Assembly: GCA_012295275.1 (NCBI GenBank) | Contig: CM022671.1 | Span: 9,424,001-9,488,000 of the forward strand | Length of the DNA: 64,000 nt | Direction: 5' to 3' | DNA from: Chrysomallon squamiferum | Lineage: Eukaryota; Animalia; Mollusca | Shown: positions 56,857-64,000 of the stretch, piece after piece | Layout: every line of letters begins with the position of its first letter | How positions within the stretch are numbered: position 1 is the stretch's first letter | Notes under the pieces: model-generated | The model's input: the letters and a program-made list of their open reading frames with translations, nothing else | Database searches by the model: none | What the model was told of the DNA's origin: nothing | Position numbers and translations under genes: made by a program

Positions 56857-59800
56857 ATACCCTACAGATTCATTATGACATCTTCATTACGAAAGTTTTT
56901 GTTTTGCTTATTTATCCAGTTAAAATAAGTTTCAGTTCATCTTACATGTTAAATTTTCTTATTTCCTGTAAAAATGTAATTCTCTAAATAATATTACTCA
57001 AAAAGAACTTACCTTTTTTCCCACTATTGATGTTGCATGCTTTCTTCTCGAAACATCTAGGAACTGTAGGAACTGCTGACAAAAATATTCTGACTGGAGT
57101 CGGTGTCTATGGTTTCTATTAGTATTACTGATGACATTCTGAACATGAAATAATGTCATACTCTTTCAAGCTGATAATCATACAGGCAGTGTCTGTAAGT
57201 AAAAGAGTTTCTAAATAAAAATAATGGAACTAATCGCACAAAATGGCATTGTTTTTATTATATATTATTTAAAGTGACAGATAATGGCAGGCTAACAACT
57301 GACATCTTTGAGAATAAATAACGCTGTTACAATTCTAAATATGATCTGTTACAGTGAATTAAACAGCAGTTAATTAGAAAAATATTTAATAAAATAAAAC
57401 AACTCAAATCTCTGCAATTGCACACAACGGTATAGAGAAAATATAATCATCACATATCTTAGTGAAATATATATCAGTTAATTTCATTCTATCAGTATTG
57501 TCCTGTACAAATTCCACTGGTTTGTGTTTGTATGTGAGTGGAGGAGGTATTGACAGGTATCTGTTCCTTTCAGTAATAAAAAACAACATTTAAACATTTA
57601 AGGAAAACAAGTTTATTTCTCTGCTGATCAGAGGCAAAAATAACATATGTTCTTATGCAGCAGGAAATGAACAATACAGACTGAAACCTACATAAACTCT
57701 TTATCTCTGTCATAAATATATATAATACGAACTGATTTAACATTTTATCCATTTTATAAAGCAATTAGCATAGTCGAAAAAATCTGAAACGAACAATATA
57801 TAAAAATAGTTCAAACAATTAGTCTAACATCACTGTGTCAAAGTGACTGGTATCTGCATGTGTGTTTGTGTGTATGTGTGTGTGTGTGTTTTGTTATGTG
57901 TGTGTACCTGTTTCTTGATCAATATTGTTCTGTACATATTTGTTATTATTACTTTTCATTTTCTTCTTCTTACTGTTATGATCATTATCATCATCATCAT
58001 CATCATCTTTATTATTATTATTATTATTATTTCACATTATAGGCAAAATTTTGTTTCTTTCTTTATGTCTGTCTTTGATAAATGACACTCCAGAACAAAA
58101 ATATATGTCGCTGTTGACTGTCATTCAAAAGTAAATAAAGCAGAAAATACATGAAATTACAGATATGTATGTGTTCTTGTTATTTTAACTATGCTATCAG
58201 TAGAATCAAGTTAGAAAGTTGGAATTTGTTATGCATGCAGGAGGCAAGTGAGACAGAGAGATGCAGAGATAGGGAGAGTTTGATACAGATAAAAACTTAG
58301 ATAGATTATTTGTAGACAGATAAATAGACTGATAGAAAGGAACAAAGACAAATAGGAAGCCACAGAGAACATAATGATAGATATAGAAATACTGAGACAA
58401 ACAGACTAAGAGACATGACAGATGTAAGAAACTGTACGATGGTAATGTGTGGTATATAATAAAGTGTGACTATGTATATGTTGTGTTAGATATGTAGATG
58501 TGTGTGTGTGTGTGTGGGTGTGTGTGTGAGATATTTTTTAGAGAGTAAATATGAAATGATAAACATATCTGATAGGTTGATTTGAGTATTTGACCAATAT
58601 GTGTTTATGAGTTAGATAGAAAGAATGGGTATATCATGTGTGGTTTTGAGTGTGTTTTCTGTTTTTTTGAGAGTGCATATGTATATATACATACATAGAT
58701 AGAGAGACAGAAAGATAGATAGAAAGATATATGTCAGTGTAAAAGATGTAGTCTATAAACATGTATGGCTCTATAATATTATGTGTCTGTACATTAGAGA
58801 GAATGTGGATACATAGGGTACTGCTACTTCCCACACAAAAATAAATAGTCAGTATATTCTTACACCTATACACATGCCTGTCTCTAAGTAAATCCACCCC
58901 AAATCTATATCTAATCTATCTAAAATAAATAAACAGCATAAACATAATCTTGTTCACACTTATTTATTGACCATCCTTTCTCTGTTTAATGAAGATATAT
59001 ATATATATGCACCAATCTCACATATCTATCTCTCATCTGTCAATCTTATCTCTCTCTATCTCTATATCTATATATTGATATATAATTATCTCTATTAATC
59101 TATCTCATTCACTGAATAATCATACACAGGGCATACTTCTCAGTTTCATATACAGAGGTCAATACCTGTTCTCTCTCTGTTACACACAAACACATATAAC
59201 CACACCTACATATCAATCTCTCAATATATCTATCTAAATCTAGCCTTTCTTTTTAACAGACATACTCAAATATAAACATACTCTCATTTACACATTCATT
59301 TATATACCAATCCTCTAAATACATAACAATATATTCAAACACATATTACATTATTATGGACCTATATATGTATATATTTATGTAGTTTGTATATATCCAT
59401 CTATCTATATCTATCCTCTCTAACACACATATACATACATAAACCCAAATTCATTCACTCATCTCTCTATCAGTCATCTGACTATCTCAAAAATCCACAA
59501 AAAGCACATTATCATTTTACATTTTACCATACATCCACCCTGTTTTACACACACATATATATATATATATGTAGTTACTCATCCTTTAATATAGACATAC
59601 ATACCCATCACTTCCTAAACATACAAATACATTATCATTCCTATACACATGTGTCAGTGTTTGTATGTGTGTGTGTGTGTGTACACACATTCTTTAATGC
59701 ATGTGTCAAAATATCTATCAGTCTGTCTACAAATCAATCTACTGAACTAAAGACATACATACATATCTACCTTCCTATTAGTTTATCTCTCTAGCTTATC

Positions 59801-61668
59801 TGTCTATTTTTCAGGAACCATCTGAATATTGAAATACACACTACTTCAAATCTCTCTATTTTTCTATATATCTATCTATATAATCTATCTGTATTATCTC
59901 TGGATATTTATCTATAATCTATGACTTCATTGCTAACTCAATCCAAACACAGATCCAATCTCTATATCTGTCTCTGTGTGTGTGTCTGTGTATATGTGTG
60001 TGTTTATCTAATATACTCTCTCTCTCTCTGAACTCTATTTCTAATATAAACATTTTCTTATACATATACATATTCCTGTCCTCAAATCTACTACCATCAT
60101 ATTTGCTTGACACCTATTTTTCTATCTATCTACTGAACCTACTGACCTGCCTAGCTGTTTAGCTACCTATACATTTCTCTGTCTATCCTCCATCAAACTC
60201 TAAGTGGATTGATCAATCCATCCATCTATACACCCATCTGTGCACATACACGCATGCTCACTCACACACACTTTCTGGCTGTCTCCCTAAATAATTGTAA
60301 CTACTTTACATAGCTATTTTACTGTCCATTTAGAACACTCATTCACAATTCTCATACTTAGCCATCCATATCACTGGCACTGACACACACACTCATGAAT
60401 TTTCTTATGCGTATGCATGTGATTATCACCTATCTATATACATCTCTATATTTATGTCTATCTACACATTTTCTCAGTTTATCAACATAATCAACCTACA
60501 GTTATATACGTCTATTTTTCTTTTATCATGTCCATCCATTGAAATCAATAACCATCAATAATATATATTAGTCATTTAAACATCTCCTTCTCTACATACC
60601 TATGTATCCACCTTCAGATTTCCTTATTTTTCTGTATGTTTACACACATATATATTCAGTATATTCACAGGCAAAAAAACACAAGCAAATTTTCCTTACC
60701 CATACACATTTATGTACTATTCTCTGCTCATGCAAACCTACACCTGCATATACATTCAGTCTTCCACATTACCATCCATACTTGCCTGCACCTACCTGTC
60801 TCTTTGTGTCTCTGCTGTCTATTACTTAACTATCTACATATATCTACTGAAGTATATCTACCTATCTAGGTATATTTATGTATATATCTATATGTCTACA
60901 CTCTCAGCCTGGCACACACACATGACAGAAAGACAAATATACAGAACAGACAGATAGATATTGTCATATTTACCTATCTGCCTAAATTCATCTACATCTA
61001 TCAATTTATTTGTTAACTTCAACTGGTATAAAAGTCTATCAGTCTATCAATATCTCTATCTTTCTTTCTGTTTATCTCTTTACCTGTTAATCTCATATCA
61101 GATAGTCAGTCTCATATATCTGTCAATTATCTCTCCATTTCTTTAAATCACTTATGGTTGCTCTCAAGTTATGTGCTAATTCCTGAAATAACCAAGAATC
61201 ATCCACTGTTAACTACTGGAGAACAATCAATCAACACTGATGTATATTGTCAACAACTTCACTGTCTGGAAACTTCTTTGGAAAGAAAAATCCACCTTGG
61301 TCTATATCAGTAGATATCTCAACTGTTTGAAGTAACCTTTATATTCTTCTCCATATTCTTGTAACTGAAGCTGATTCCAGAATCATGTCTTTCCTGCAGA
61401 TACAATAATAAAATTAATAAAATAATAACTATTTTTCCATTGTGTCTATGTTAGAAAGAACTTATTATAAATAAACATCATCTATCTCTTATTGTAATAG
61501 ATTTTAATAGTAAATAACAAATAATTTAAACAAAAAAATGGATCTATAAAAAAGTATCACTAAAAGCGAAAATATTTCTTTATGAAAGATTATCTAATAT
61601 TAAACAAGACGAATGCACTGATTAGATCAAAATATGCTAAAGTTAAGCAATAGAAACATAAAATGAAA

Positions 61669-61710
<42 letters not shown>

Positions 61711-62063
61711 AAATACCATACTAATATTTTTCAAAGCTGAAATCCATAGAATTGTGAATACTCCTCTGAATCTTCAGCACTGGCCTGCCTTGTACTGTAA
61801 GGGAGAGAGTGAGATCTGAAAAAACTCTGTCTTTGACCAAGTCTTTAAAAGAAATACAAAATCTGACAGAGACAACAGTTTCCATGAATGCTTCCAACTT
61901 TGCAGCAATTACTAATCAGTAATAGGACTCTGTGTATAACAGGCATAGGTTATATGACATACTTCCCCAAATTACTTTTAATAATCCATGTAGAACTGAT
62001 TGCATTATAAAGCACTACGTGTTGAAAAGTTTGTAAATACTGATCGGCGTTCGATGCTGCCAT
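56214..62063 (-). pseudogene. Unidentified spliced gene remnant (possible exons ~61718-62063, ~61155-61395, ~57013-57105, ~56214-56297)
   Basis: aagATGGCAGC start (MAASNADQYLQTFQH), ag/gt-bounded GC-richer blocks, stops in most frames; no family recognised. Confidence 0.35.
56505..56675 (+). mobile_element. Possible HTH-psq N-terminal fragment of a pogo/CENP-B-like transposase
   Basis: SMRDTAKTLSISKSRLQHCV..NNLVFN resembles the SIRxAAxxFGIPKSTL HTH pattern. Confidence 0.4.
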
Positions 62064-62083
62064 CTTGAGTTTCGATCGGAAGT
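62059..62083 (-). promoter_or_regulatory. YY1-like (GCCATCTT) and ETS-like (CGGAAGT) motifs at a candidate start
   Basis: gctgccatcttgagtttcgatcggaagt in a CpG-containing patch within AT-rich DNA. Confidence 0.3.
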
Positions 62084-64000
62084 TTTTAAACTTTCAAATC
62101 AATTATTTTACGTCTATTTTCTGAACTTTTTATGATTTACACTGATAAGGATGGTTGCTCATATCACCAAACCGTGACTCCTGCGCCTTTCCTAAAATAA
62201 ATAAAATAAATAAATAAAATTAAATGGAAAAAAAAAAAAATGAAATAAACATTTTACAAAGATTTAACAAATAATAATAACACGTTAAATAATGCAAAAA
62301 TAAACGAAACTGGTTATTTAAAATATAATAAGCTGGTTCTGTCTGCTACAAAACATTAAATAGAATTAGTTGTTTTTATCTAAAAATGAGCAAATCTAAT
62401 TTACCGTCACATAGCATATGCAAGAAGTAACCTATTTCAGAAATTCGTGTCTAAGGGAAATAAATCTATTTAACACGTTGGTAAATATACAAAAAAGACT
62501 GTGTTTGAGTAAAATTTAAAAAACCCCAGAAATTTGTTGTTGTTGTTTCAATAAACGAGAAAGACTAAGAAGAAACGAAAGATTACTAGTGACATATTAA
62601 GTCTCCTGAATTTTCTAATTTCACTAAATGATTTTTTTTAAACCTATATATTATATGTTTATTTCTATTTAATGTAACTGTTTCTTTATAATAAATATAT
62701 GCCTGAAATAATCATTTTATTTCCTTTCTTAATCTTTTCTTTCTCCCTTGTTTCAGTATTTTTTCTTAATTATTATTTTATTTATCATTTTATGTAGTAT
62801 TATTGCAATTATTGTTGGGGTTTTTTTTGTCGTTAATGTTATTATGTCAGATAGTATTACTGAAACAATAGATAGTATTACTGATAGAAAGAAACAATTA
62901 TCTACATATAGACAGACAGATTCACGCACACACACACACACATAGAAAAGAAAAAGTTTGGCTTAGAGGGTAGGTAGATAAGCTGATATCAGTGAGATGT
63001 TGTTTATGTATGTAGTTAAATAATAGATATACTGAAGATAGCATTTTACATTTCACAGGCAAATGAACTTGTAAGAAAATGTTTGTACCTGAGTTGTATT
63101 ATCACATTAACTTCGCTTTTCACAGCTTTTCTTTTATTGGTCATTTTAATTACTCAGTCCAGTTTTGGCTTTTTTCTCTGTCTATCTGTATGGCTGCCTG
63201 TCTGTCTGTCTCTCTACCGATCGATTTATCTGTCTGTCTGTCTGACTGTCCATCTACCTCTCTACCTCTCAGATGATAGTGGTAAGTATAGGTGTCGCTG
63301 TAATTAACAACTTCAGTAATTTTGTAATGAACCTGAACGATACTATTTACGGTTTACCTGACTAAATCCAGACCTGAAATGATATTCAGTATGTCTGAAA
63401 TTTTGAGTGAACTCCCTAGTTTTAATGTCTGTGATGTTGTAGACAGATATATTCAAATGCAGAACATATGACTTAGACAGATATTAGTACACGCCTGGTG
63501 CTATTAATCACTTGTGATGAGATGTATATTTGGTGAACGATTCGTCAGCCTCTTTTCTCTTTTCGAGTACATCTCCATCATCCGCTCCCTCTCCTCTTTA
63601 TTTCCCTTTGTTTGAAAGGTGCTGACTTTACAAAGCAGTTCTGGTCGTTACTTATAAATGCTATTAAAAAACATACAAGAAGTAGAGAAAGACATGATGC
63701 TTGAATTATTTTCATTATAACGGAAGCTATAAATATTTATTAAAATGAAATTGTTTACTTTGTAATTCAAGGTCTTGTATAAGTGTTTACAATTCATTTA
63801 TTGTATGAAAACCACAAGAATTTATTTCCCACTAACGTTTAGTGCTATCAAAAAATCAATCAATCAATCAATCAATCCAAATAAAAAATCTAAAAAAAAA
63901 TCATTAAAAAAAATAAATAATAATAAATAAATAAAAACAAACAACAATGAACAAAGAAATTTTGTTCTACTGGTTTTAACATTTTAACTTGTAACTTGTT

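Noticed and set aside
57843-61146. Cluster of short ORFs rich in Y/I/L/S/H
   Set aside because: Low-complexity TATC/CA-rich intronic sequence with no recognisable domains

Overview
Very AT-rich, microsatellite-rich eukaryotic (animal, invertebrate-like; possibly molluscan, which is inference) genomic DNA with two 200-N scaffold gaps (2415-2614, 44829-45028). I find no intact protein-coding gene. The window is a mosaic of decayed gene fragments, nearly all on the minus strand: RNI-like leucine-rich-repeat exons, a spliced MCC (mutated in colorectal cancer) pseudogene, an intronless prolyl 4-hydroxylase alpha pseudogene plus an inverted second fragment, GABA-B-receptor-like ectodomain exons, and several unidentified exons. 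Much of 3-15 kb is a diverged segmental duplicate of 27.5-41.4 kb. The two copies keep complementary halves of one nested transposon stack: an RTE-X-like LINE containing a piggyBac (itself containing a Ginger2/KRBA2-like integrase element) and a Tc1. Also present are a pogo-type element with a visible empty site in the paralogue, a Harbinger element, a Tc1/mariner MITE, several minisatellites and a perfect 30-bp hairpin. All calls were made by eye; family names rest on recalled motifs, not database searches.
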